DNA of 64,000 nucleotides, from positions 171,468 through 235,467 of the IMG/VR virus record IMGVR_UViG_3300014204_000107. One strand, given 5' to 3'. The translations under genes were made by a program, and so were the position numbers. The DNA is from a virus (taxonomy: Duplodnaviria > Heunggongvirae > Uroviricota > Caudoviricetes). Shown in pieces: positions 31,081 to 39,902 of this stretch (its first letter is position 1; each line of letters starts with the position of its first letter). Under the pieces are notes generated by a model. That model saw nothing but the letters and a program-made list of their open reading frames with translations. It ran no database searches and was not told the DNA's origin.

Positions 31081-32850
31081 ATGAGTAGAACATTTCCATA
31101 CAATAATTTAGTTGAATATCAAAATGTTATAGCAAATGGTAGCATTTATTATCTTTTAAATGGTGATAAGTCTAATCTATCGGTTGACCCACCAACATAT
31201 GCATATGAAAATTTAATATATGATGGCGAGGATGTATATGTGCCATATATGTCATGGGATATAATAAAAGATATACTACCATTACATCATTGGAAATTAA
31301 CTAATTATACACAATATGACTATGGCATAATAGGAGATAGTGGATTGCTACCATTTTATCTCATACCAAATATAAGCAGCAGTAATATAAATACTCCATT
31401 TGGTGCAGTAATAGTTACCGGCAGTGCAACTGCAGCTAATGGCTATAAGTTTATAGATTCTAATCATATATTTATACCGTCCTCCAGTTATATATATCGT
31501 GAAGTTCAATCTAATACGGAAGCTGGTGAATTTAGCAATTTTACATTTACTGGGTGGGTATATCCAGTCAAAACAACTAATGATGTTTCTTCACCATTTT
31601 GGCGTAATATAATTGGGTTATATAATAATGGCATTGTTAAATTTGAATTAGATTTTAAATACTTAGCAAACAATGCATCGGAGTGGTTGATAACATATAA
31701 TAATAATAAAGATATATATATCACGAATGATGGTAGTTTTGATGAAACAGTTTCTTATCCAATGTATATTGATAGTTCTGGCAAGGGCAGATGGTATTTC
31801 ATATGTGTTAGATTTAAAAATTGTAAAAATACCGGTTCGTTCACCGTTGGGTCCAATACATATAACGATTCAGAACAGTTATTATATCGAAATTGGGATA
31901 TTTTTAATTTTTTAACATCCTCCGCATGGAATGGGTTTACCTATGCTACCATGTCTATTGGTGCATTATCCCCATTAGCTAATAGATCTGCGAGTTTTTA
32001 TCCGTGCGATTATAGGATATATGATAGATATCTTACAAATAGGGAAGTCGAATCAATATATAACGGTGGGTTAGGGACATTTCACGATACTTATAAAATA
32101 GGTTACCCAACAATTCATGAACCAACATATTGGTATAAATTTCAGGAATCCTTTCGGTTGGTTGAATATAAAAAATATGCCGGTGCTGGCGTGTATGATG
32201 CGGTGGTTAATGATAGCGGCCATAATAGTGATACATTACGTGGATTTACCAGTAACGCATATCCCCCGGGAACTAATTATTTTGGAACCTTACATTCTTC
32301 ATCATTTGCCGATAATAAATATGCCATTCGGAACCCTTATTTGGAAACATCACCAAACAGTAGGAATTATTATAAACTAATGGTACCAAATTTTAGTATG
32401 TGCTGGTGGATGAATTTATCATCCTTATACAAAGAACTTGAAAGGCATACTTTATTTGAGTCGATGGACCAAAAGTTTCAAATAACATTTACATCTGAAG
32501 ATATATTATTAGAGTATGCAGGGGAGGACACAAATATGCACTCTGAAAAATATATTTTGAAACCATGTGATGATGAGTGGCATCATTATAGTATAGTGCA
32601 ACAATTATATGATAATAAAACAACATCATATACGACTTGTTCATATATGATGTATATTGATGGCCAAATTATTGATACAAAATATGATAACATGACAACC
32701 AGCAGCGTGGGATTTTGTATTGGTCATGCATCTGGATCAATAATAACATTGACTGGAAGTATGGCTGATTTAAGAATTTGGACCAACTCATCATTAACAA
32801 ATGAACAGGTACAAAACATATATAATAACGGATATGGATTGTTATATTAA
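31081..32850 (+). CDS. Tandem LamG-domain virion protein (paralog)
   Basis: ILPLHHW shared with the upstream gene; two LamG-like units ending IYN(N/G)GxG. Confidence 0.75.
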   Translation: MSRTFPYNNLVEYQNVIANGSIYYLLNGDKSNLSVDPPTYAYENLIYDGEDVYVPYMSWDIIKDILPLHHWKLTNYTQYDYGIIGDSGLLPFYLIPNISSSNINTPFGAVIVTGSATAANGYKFIDSNHIFIPSSSYIYREVQSNTEAGEFSNFTFTGWVYPVKTTNDVSSPFWRNIIGLYNNGIVKFELDFKYLANNASEWLITYNNNKDIYITNDGSFDETVSYPMYIDSSGKGRWYFICVRFKNCKNTGSFTVGSNTYNDSEQLLYRNWDIFNFLTSSAWNGFTYATMSIGALSPLANRSASFYPCDYRIYDRYLTNREVESIYNGGLGTFHDTYKIGYPTIHEPTYWYKFQESFRLVEYKKYAGAGVYDAVVNDSGHNSDTLRGFTSNAYPPGTNYFGTLHSSSFADNKYAIRNPYLETSPNSRNYYKLMVPNFSMCWWMNLSSLYKELERHTLFESMDQKFQITFTSEDILLEYAGEDTNMHSEKYILKPCDDEWHHYSIVQQLYDNKTTSYTTCSYMMYIDGQIIDTKYDNMTTSSVGFCIGHASGSIITLTGSMADLRIWTNSSLTNEQVQNIYNNGYGLLY

Positions 32851-32900
32851 AAGGATGATAAAAAATATTTATTAGGTATTTATTAGAAAGAGGAAATATA

Positions 32901-34703
32901 ATGGCAGCAAGCACATCATCATACAGTTTAATGTTAAAAAATAATCAATATTATTTGCATAAGGATAAACAAACATTTAGTATTGGTGGTTATGATAAAG
33001 CAATGAATTATTTAAAGAAACATTGTTTAATTACGCCATCTGAAATAGAAAGAAAATTAGAATTTGCTAAATATGGGGATACTAATATTTCGGTATTGAC
33101 TACTCCAAGAACTGCTGTCTACGATAGTGATATTGCATATCCATATAGGGCAGACTTAAAGAACGCAGAACCTGATTCACAGGAAGATGGTTTAGGGCAA
33201 ACATACATTGATTCAGATTTAAATACGGTTAGACATTTTGTTACTGAAGCAAGTGGTGTGCACCAAACAGTTTGCATTTATCCGGGCAGGTTTCAGCCAA
33301 TGGGAAAGCACCATGCTAAAGCATATTTTTGGTTAAAAAAATATTTCAATTTATTATTTATTGCAACTTCTAATAAAACAGAATATCCAATTTCGCCATT
33401 CACTTTTGATGAAAAGAAGAAAATAATTCAATCTTATGACATACCAGAAGATGCAATTGTGCAAGTAAAGAGTCCGTACAACCCAAAAGAAATATACCAA
33501 GTATTGCCCGATAATACATCTGTTGTATTTGCGGTAGGTAAGAAAGACGCAGATAGATTGGCAAATTCTAAATTTTATTCCTTGTGCACAGTAGAGACAT
33601 TGCAGGATTGCAATAAACCATTTAGTGAAGGTGCATATTATTTAATTATTCCACATATTTCTATTGAAAGTGAGTTGGATGAATTAAGTGGCACCAATAT
33701 AAGAAATATTTTATCAAGTGATAAACCAGATGCAGAAAAAAAGAAATTCATTAATAAAGTACTTGGCATTAACAATTATGGTGTATCACAAATGATGATA
33801 GACAAGTTTAAATACTTTACTGAAAGCTTTGCAAATCGATTTACCTACAACCTGCTCAACTCTTTTAACTTAAACGAGTATGAGCATCTTTTAGTAGAAT
33901 CGGGTGGATATGGTCACATGGCAAACTTGTGGGAAGACATTAGCTTATCGTTTGCGGACATTAAAAAGATAATTGATATTTCTTTGCAAGGGCATTTAAA
34001 TTTAGAAGAAACAGTTGCAGAAAAAGTGGATGGTACTAATATTATGGTAACATATAAAGATGGTGAAGTGTATATAGCAAGAAAACCTTCTCAATTAGCT
34101 AATCCAGTTATAATATACGACATAGAAGAAACATTCAAAGATAAACCATATTTACAGACAATGCTTGGTAATGTAGCTCAAGATTTATATGCTGCATTTA
34201 ATGGTACAAATAAGAAAGAAATTGGGCAAATGTTTGATGACGGCAAGAATTTTTTAAATCTTGAGATCATTTATGACAACGAAGTAAATGACATATTATA
34301 TGGTGTGCACGCGTTAGTTTTGCATGGATTATTAAAATATGAAAATGAAAAACTATTAGAACTTGGCGTTAAAACGGCCCAGGAATTATTTAATAAAATA
34401 AAGCAAAATAATACTGCGGAGCAAAAGAATTTTAAAATATTGCCTCCAAAAGAATTGTTGATAAAAAAGCATATTAATTTTGATGAGAAAAAAGAATATT
34501 TTATGTCCGCGGTAGCAAACATACAAGGTAAATATGATTTACCAGATAATGCTACTATTGGTGAATATTTAGTAATGTGGTGGACAAGCTTTTTAAATGG
34601 ATTACAAGATAAATACACAATGAATTTGCCGTCTGATGTGATTAAATTATTAGCAAATAGATGGGGGTTGGATGATAAAAAACAAAATATTAAATATTAT
34701 TAA
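32901..34703 (+). CDS. HIGH-type nucleotidyltransferase fused to a KxDG ligase-like domain (N-terminal part; frameshifted)
   Basis: YPGRFQPMGKHH, VGKKD..R, LSGTNIR (cytidylyltransferase-like); GGYGHM...EKVDGTN (ATP-dependent ligase motif I-like). Confidence 0.7.
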   Translation: MAASTSSYSLMLKNNQYYLHKDKQTFSIGGYDKAMNYLKKHCLITPSEIERKLEFAKYGDTNISVLTTPRTAVYDSDIAYPYRADLKNAEPDSQEDGLGQTYIDSDLNTVRHFVTEASGVHQTVCIYPGRFQPMGKHHAKAYFWLKKYFNLLFIATSNKTEYPISPFTFDEKKKIIQSYDIPEDAIVQVKSPYNPKEIYQVLPDNTSVVFAVGKKDADRLANSKFYSLCTVETLQDCNKPFSEGAYYLIIPHISIESELDELSGTNIRNILSSDKPDAEKKKFINKVLGINNYGVSQMMIDKFKYFTESFANRFTYNLLNSFNLNEYEHLLVESGGYGHMANLWEDISLSFADIKKIIDISLQGHLNLEETVAEKVDGTNIMVTYKDGEVYIARKPSQLANPVIIYDIEETFKDKPYLQTMLGNVAQDLYAAFNGTNKKEIGQMFDDGKNFLNLEIIYDNEVNDILYGVHALVLHGLLKYENEKLLELGVKTAQELFNKIKQNNTAEQKNFKILPPKELLIKKHINFDEKKEYFMSAVANIQGKYDLPDNATIGEYLVMWWTSFLNGLQDKYTMNLPSDVIKLLANRWGLDDKKQNIKYY

Positions 34704-35106
34704 ATTAGCAGATAATGAAAAAGCAAAAAAATGGATTCAAGAATTTAATAATAGCAGTAAGTTGCAAGAATTAAATTATACTGCAATTAAAGACATTAAA
34801 TTAATATTTTTAGAGCTATCAGTAGAAGTATTGCAAAATGTAGAGCAATTTCTTTCTGTAATTCCTGATAAAACTATTCAAAAAATAGTTAAAGAATATG
34901 AAAGTGGCATAAATATATTAAAAGCAAAAGATGATCCGCAAACCATAGCAAAAATTAATAAACATATTGAGGAAATTGAAAAAATTGGCGGGATTGATAA
35001 ATTAATGCCGACAGAAGGCCTTGTATTTACATACAATGGCAAAAAATATAAGATGACGGGGTTATTTACTCCAATTCATAAAATATTAAGTCTAATTAAA
35101 TTTTAA
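34672..35106 (+). CDS. Probable C-terminal continuation of the ligase-like domain
   Basis: EGLVF...YKMTG resembles ligase motifs IV/V; joins the upstream ORF if one A is removed from A6 at 34677-34682. Confidence 0.65.
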   Translation: MIKNKILNIIKLADNEKAKKWIQEFNNSSKLQELNYTAIKDIKLIFLELSVEVLQNVEQFLSVIPDKTIQKIVKEYESGINILKAKDDPQTIAKINKHIEEIEKIGGIDKLMPTEGLVFTYNGKKYKMTGLFTPIHKILSLIKF

Positions 35107-35155
35107 TTAATAATTTCATACTAATTATTTATACATAAACAACAGGAGAATTAAA

Positions 35156-35884
35156 ATGGATTTTGTTTCTTGGTTCCTCCAAAACTTCGAAAAGCTGCCA
35201 GCACCTATAAAAGATATTGTTAGTGTTTTACTTGTTGCAGTATTATTATTTTTTGCAATTAAATATCTATTAGACATTATTAGTGGTGGTAGGAAATTAT
35301 TTGCCCGTCCTCGCACACATAATAAATTATCATTAGAAGATTTATTTCATCACGAATTATTTTCAAAAAGTGAAAATTGGCATGAAATGATGATAAATAG
35401 TATATTTTTTGGTGACGAGGACAGAAATTTTATATTTCGTACAATCATAAAATCAAGAATTTCTGCAATAACTAATAAATTAAGAATATTTTTATCTAAT
35501 AATAATGATATTAATACTTTCGATTCACACAATTTTGCAAACAGAATGTTCAATATTCTTGCTGAAATAATAAATGTTTCTGACCAAGAAGTTCAAAATG
35601 CAATAATGGAAATGCACCCAGATACGGGGCATTCTATATATTGTCTTGTAATGGAAGACAAGGATAAAGGATTTAAACAATGGCATAACAGCACAATATC
35701 ATATTTAGAACAGATGATTAATGATATAAGTCACTCTAACATTTATTATGATAATTATAGCAAATTGTATGTTATACTTGATCTGTATAAATCATCAATT
35801 GATGTGACCATACCACATATGGAAAAAGCATTTAATTGTTTTAATGGAGAATTAACAATATTATTAACTGATATTAAAAAATAA
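35156..35884 (+). CDS. Single-TM membrane protein (holin-like candidate)
   Basis: CAGGAG RBS; N-terminal TM IVSVLLVAVLLFFAI followed by a soluble domain. Confidence 0.55.
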   Translation: MDFVSWFLQNFEKLPAPIKDIVSVLLVAVLLFFAIKYLLDIISGGRKLFARPRTHNKLSLEDLFHHELFSKSENWHEMMINSIFFGDEDRNFIFRTIIKSRISAITNKLRIFLSNNNDINTFDSHNFANRMFNILAEIINVSDQEVQNAIMEMHPDTGHSIYCLVMEDKDKGFKQWHNSTISYLEQMINDISHSNIYYDNYSKLYVILDLYKSSIDVTIPHMEKAFNCFNGELTILLTDIKK

Positions 35885-35887
35885 CGC

Positions 35888-36472
35888 ATGGGATACGATA
35901 TAGAGCAAATAGAAAAGATTTTAGACGGTGATGATACTAAAAGTAGCCAATATGGTGGATATAAAAGAAAACAAACAGACCACAAAGAGGGCGATATTTG
36001 GGAAGAAGACGGTATAAAATGGACAATTAAAGATGGTATCATACAAACCATTAATAAAATGGATGGTTTGCGTGAACAAATTAAATTCCCGTTGAGTTGC
36101 CCAAGTTGCGGGAAAAAAATGATAGCACGAATTGATGCTAGATTTTGGCAATTAAATAGAACATGCATGCATTGTGTTATAGAGGAAGATACAAAAAGAA
36201 TGGCTAATGGCACATTTAAGCAATATGAGGAAAGAAAAATATTAGGTAATAAACTAACTACGCTAAGAATGTTAAGAGATTATTATATTGAATATTTAAA
36301 TGATATTGACACAAACCATTTTGTAACTGAGCAGGGGGATATTGAAGATTGGTCTAATCAATATGATAATACTAAAATAAAAGAGTCTATTCACGCTAAA
36401 ATATTAGACATTGGTGAGCAAATTAAAAAAATGAGTGAATTATTAAAAATTGCGGGGAATGAAGTTGTTTAA
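35888..36472 (+). CDS. Hypothetical zinc-finger protein
   Basis: CPSC...CMHC. Confidence 0.65.
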   Translation: MGYDIEQIEKILDGDDTKSSQYGGYKRKQTDHKEGDIWEEDGIKWTIKDGIIQTINKMDGLREQIKFPLSCPSCGKKMIARIDARFWQLNRTCMHCVIEEDTKRMANGTFKQYEERKILGNKLTTLRMLRDYYIEYLNDIDTNHFVTEQGDIEDWSNQYDNTKIKESIHAKILDIGEQIKKMSELLKIAGNEVV

Positions 36473-36791
36473 AAATTATATGGGCGATGACAAAGGTGAA
36501 TCTTCTATACGGTTGGCATTGATATGGAGTTTACTGCTATCAACCGCATGTTTTTTTGCTATGCTATTTTATATTATATATAATACGCTTGAAAATAGGC
36601 CAATTGAATGGTATGGGCTGGCAACATTTGCTGGTGGTGTTTCATCATTCTTTCTTGCTGCTGTATATGGTAAAGTAACCCAGAAAAAATATGAAATAGA
36701 TTATAGTCAGCCACAAATGCCGTATCAGCCACCGTTTGACCCTGGTATGGTGGGCCAACTAATGAATACTGATAGCTCAATGAAAGGATAA
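36459..36791 (+). CDS. Two-TM membrane protein (holin candidate)
   Basis: Two hydrophobic helices with a short loop; ATG 36459 after GGGGA. Confidence 0.55.
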   Translation: MKLFKNYMGDDKGESSIRLALIWSLLLSTACFFAMLFYIIYNTLENRPIEWYGLATFAGGVSSFFLAAVYGKVTQKKYEIDYSQPQMPYQPPFDPGMVGQLMNTDSSMKG

Positions 36792-36796
36792 TTACA

Positions 36797-37633
36797 ATGG
36801 AGAAAACAATGGATAATAAAGTAGAAAAGTTAACATATGCAAAGGGAACTGCAAAGTTACAAAAGGAATATAATGAATTGGCCGATATATTAATCCCTGA
36901 ATCAGGCAAAGCTGAAACAAATTACGGAGAAATATTAAGATGCGCGTCAATTATATATGATTTTATAGTAAAGAAACCAACAGAAGCAGTATCATTGGCG
37001 TATGAATGGAATGTAATTGAAAGCAACGAGGCAACTATTAAAAAATATATGGGGGATGCCAATGATTTTGATAAGTTTGCAGCAATGTTTGAAAATTTAG
37101 ATCCAGAAAATGCAAGCTTTCCAACAGACGGCTCGATGTGGACGGGCGATGAATTAGCTGATAAAGTTATGGACGGCATTGTTAAATGTGTTAAAGAAAA
37201 TTACCAAACAGAAATTCAAAAGAATAAAGAAATGGCGAAGGAATCATTTACAGTTTATAGAAATTTAAAGAAAATATTGCTTGAAGAAGAGGACCCAGAA
37301 ACTAAATTGGCCTTGAGAGCTGCAAGTGTTGGTAATTCGTCCATAAAAAAAATATCAGCAGATATTGAAAATATTAATAAACAAATGGAACCGCTAAGAA
37401 AACAGCGGGAAATAGAATTAGCCCACTACAAGAAAGTAAAAGATAATCCTACATTAGCACCAGCATCTGTTGCTAAGCTTAAACAAATTGGTGAGAAAAT
37501 TAATCCATTAAAACTTAAGAAAGACCAATTACTTAAACAATATGAAGAAGCAGTAACTGCAGCAGAAAGAACAGTTGGTAAAAAAGGTTTGGATATTTCC
37601 GCGGACGAAGAACCAGTATTATATAATGATTAA
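36797..37633 (+). CDS. Hypothetical coiled-coil protein
   Basis: 278 aa; internal LKKILLEEE; alternative start at 36809. Confidence 0.6.
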   Translation: MEKTMDNKVEKLTYAKGTAKLQKEYNELADILIPESGKAETNYGEILRCASIIYDFIVKKPTEAVSLAYEWNVIESNEATIKKYMGDANDFDKFAAMFENLDPENASFPTDGSMWTGDELADKVMDGIVKCVKENYQTEIQKNKEMAKESFTVYRNLKKILLEEEDPETKLALRAASVGNSSIKKISADIENINKQMEPLRKQREIELAHYKKVKDNPTLAPASVAKLKQIGEKINPLKLKKDQLLKQYEEAVTAAERTVGKKGLDISADEEPVLYND

Positions 37634-37644
37634 GGAGAATCAAA

Positions 37645-37939
37645 ATGAAGTTAAAAGAATTAAAACAATTAATAAAAGAAGAGATATCCATTGTATTAAA
37701 AGAATACGGCGAAGATTCAGGTGGTCAAGATATGACATGGGGGTATTTATAATAGACCAGCGGAACATAAAGATAGTGGAAATACTGATTTTATTGAAAA
37801 AGGCAAGGAAGATTATGATGATGGTGTTCCTTTTGATGCATGTCCATATGCATCCGGCGTTAATAAATGGTATAATATTGATTTAGCTGAATATTGGAAG
37901 CGTGGGTGGCAATTGGCTAAAAAAGAAAGTGAAGAATAA
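37645..37939 (+). pseudogene. Leader-bearing RMF/CrpP-like protein with a +1 frameshift (not in ORF track)
   Basis: AAGGAG RBS; MKLKELKQLIKEEISIVLKE...; stop at 37752 unless one G is removed from G5 (37739-37743), giving ...KGKEDYDDGVPFDACPY...YWKRGWQLA. Confidence 0.65.
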
Positions 37940-37967
37940 TTTTAAAATAATATAAACGAGGTATGAA

Positions 37968-38642
37968 ATGCCAGCAAAATCAAAACAACAATTAAAATAT
38001 GTCTATTCAATGAGAGAAAAGCACCCAAATGCAAAAAATGCATGGTATTGGGATGATGAATGGACTGATGTTAAAATGAAAAGCTTGCCATCCAAAGTAG
38101 ATGAAACAATAGAAGAAGCAGTATTGCGCTACCAAGTTAGAAAACTCTTGAAAGAAGAAATTGGTGGCAATGCTATTGAAGATCGTATTTCATATACTAT
38201 CCAATTAGGTAATGGCCAAAGTGCTACCTTATTCTATAAAGTAGAAGGCAAAGAATGGATGATATATTATGAAATTGAAGGTGGTGATTCTATCTTTAGC
38301 GGAGCACCTATTACAATTGCAACTATTTCAAAAGATTTTATCAATGAAAACCAATTGAAGAAAATCGTGCAGTATTTCCAATACCTATATACTAAAAATG
38401 TTAAGGTTAAGCCTGAAGGTGGTGTTGTGCAGAATGAAGAAGAGCCAGTTGAAGGTGAAGCACCAGCAGCACCTGCTGAAAATACTCCTTCTGGTGAAGT
38501 AGAACAAACGCCCGGAACACCAGAAAGGGGCCCAGGTGGCCAATTCTTACCAAAAGGTGAAGAAGAAACACAAGCAGCACCGGAAGCAGGCATCGAAGAA
38601 CCAGCACCCGCAGAAGAGGAAGAAGAAAACCCATTTAAATAA
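37968..38642 (+). CDS. Hypothetical protein with acidic Pro-rich tail
   Basis: GAGG RBS; MPAKSKQQ start; internal VRKLLKEE. Confidence 0.65.
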   Translation: MPAKSKQQLKYVYSMREKHPNAKNAWYWDDEWTDVKMKSLPSKVDETIEEAVLRYQVRKLLKEEIGGNAIEDRISYTIQLGNGQSATLFYKVEGKEWMIYYEIEGGDSIFSGAPITIATISKDFINENQLKKIVQYFQYLYTKNVKVKPEGGVVQNEEEPVEGEAPAAPAENTPSGEVEQTPGTPERGPGGQFLPKGEEETQAAPEAGIEEPAPAEEEEENPFK

Positions 38643-38654
38643 CGGAGAAATAAT

Positions 38655-38897
38655 ATGAACAAACAAGAATTAAAACAATTAATAAAAGAAGAAATAAATA
38701 ATGTGCTAAAAGAATCAGTTGCATCTATGGCTAAAGTTGATATATATTATAGATATAAAAATGGTAAAACTGGTAGTTTATTTATTACGCATGCAAATGT
38801 TGATTTAGAAGAAATTCTCAAGGAATATTTCACAGATACACAATATTTGTCAAGTGATACAATAATAGATTCTGTAACAATAGAGGAGATCAGTTAA
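38655..38897 (+). CDS. Small protein with KQLIKEE leader
   Basis: GGAG RBS; MNKQELKQLIKEEINNVLKE. Confidence 0.75.
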   Translation: MNKQELKQLIKEEINNVLKESVASMAKVDIYYRYKNGKTGSLFITHANVDLEEILKEYFTDTQYLSSDTIIDSVTIEEIS

Positions 38898-38898
38898 T

Positions 38899-39137
38899 AT
38901 GACACGCAAAGAACTTAAACAGTTAATAAAAGAGGAAATTAAGAGTGTCCTTAAAGAAGCAATAAAAAAACCGTTACACAAGAATTTGAAATTGGTGATG
39001 GCAAAATAGCAAAACCAGGGGATACTATTGTTTTAAGAGATAGAGATGCCGAACATTACTTTATAATTAAATTAAATGATAAAAATGTTTTTTCAATTTG
39101 GAAAAGAAAACCGTGGGTTGACTCCCATACAAAATAA
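38899..39137 (+). pseudogene. Leader-bearing small protein with a -1 frameshift (not in ORF track)
   Basis: GAGGAG RBS; MTRKELKQLIKEEIKSVLKEAIKK; stop at 39009 unless one A is added to A7 (38964-38970), giving ...TVTQEFEIGDGKIAKPGDTIVLR... Confidence 0.6.
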
Positions 39138-39142
39138 ATATT

Positions 39143-39895
39143 ATGTGGAACAAAGTACAAAATTACATCACACCAGCATTATTCGTAATGCTATTAATAG
39201 CTTTAATATTTGGAAGCCAGCAATGCACGCAAAATAAAAAGCTAAAAAAAGAAGCAGCAATAAAAGAACAAGTAATGCAGCAAAATTATAGAGCATTAGT
39301 TGATACTTTGCGTGAAACGAAGAATAAACTTGGGCAAATAGAATATAACCAAGCAGCGTTTGTTGCCAATATGAATGAATTAAAAACATTAAACCGAGTA
39401 TTATATGATAAAATAGAAAAGGTAAAAGGTGATGTAATTAACTTTATAGCCGCGGGCGTCACAGTAAAAAGTGATACATTAAAATTATCGAATGATTTAG
39501 TCAAAATAGATAACGAAACATATGGATTAAAATTTAAAAATACCTTTGCGGAACCAGGATTTTCTAATTCTCTGGTAGGAATGAGTACTTTTAAGCTAAG
39601 AGATTTAACTGTTTTTCCGGGGATGACTACAATCAGTGAGAATACGTTTAAAATCGATTTAGAGATGGGAGCAAAAGTCGTAAATAATCAGTACGAACTA
39701 TTTGCGACTTGTCCTTCAAGTCGCGTCAAAATCAACTATTTGAACGGAGTCGTGAAGAAGGATATGATAATACCACCATCGCCACGAGTTAAGAAATTTC
39801 ATGTTGGACCATATATTGGTATTGGAATTGATCAAACTTTTAAATTTGTACCCCAAATAGGTATTGGATTAAATTATAGTTTATTTTCATTTTAA
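39143..39895 (+). CDS. Membrane-anchored coiled-coil protein, spanin candidate
   Basis: N-terminal TM, coiled coil, C-terminal amphipathic beta hairpin ending GLNYSLFSF. Confidence 0.55.
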   Translation: MWNKVQNYITPALFVMLLIALIFGSQQCTQNKKLKKEAAIKEQVMQQNYRALVDTLRETKNKLGQIEYNQAAFVANMNELKTLNRVLYDKIEKVKGDVINFIAAGVTVKSDTLKLSNDLVKIDNETYGLKFKNTFAEPGFSNSLVGMSTFKLRDLTVFPGMTTISENTFKIDLEMGAKVVNNQYELFATCPSSRVKINYLNGVVKKDMIIPPSPRVKKFHVGPYIGIGIDQTFKFVPQIGIGLNYSLFSF

Positions 39896-39902
39896 AGGAT
39901 AT

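Noticed and set aside
31075-31083. TAG-TAT-ATG in-frame junction suggesting read-through or TAG recoding
   Set aside because: Long genes are not interrupted by TAG, and similar 3-nt spacers follow TAA stops (35884, 47161)
37575-37886. 103-aa + strand ORF in the track
   Set aside because: An off-frame shadow of the RBS-led leader ORF at 37645
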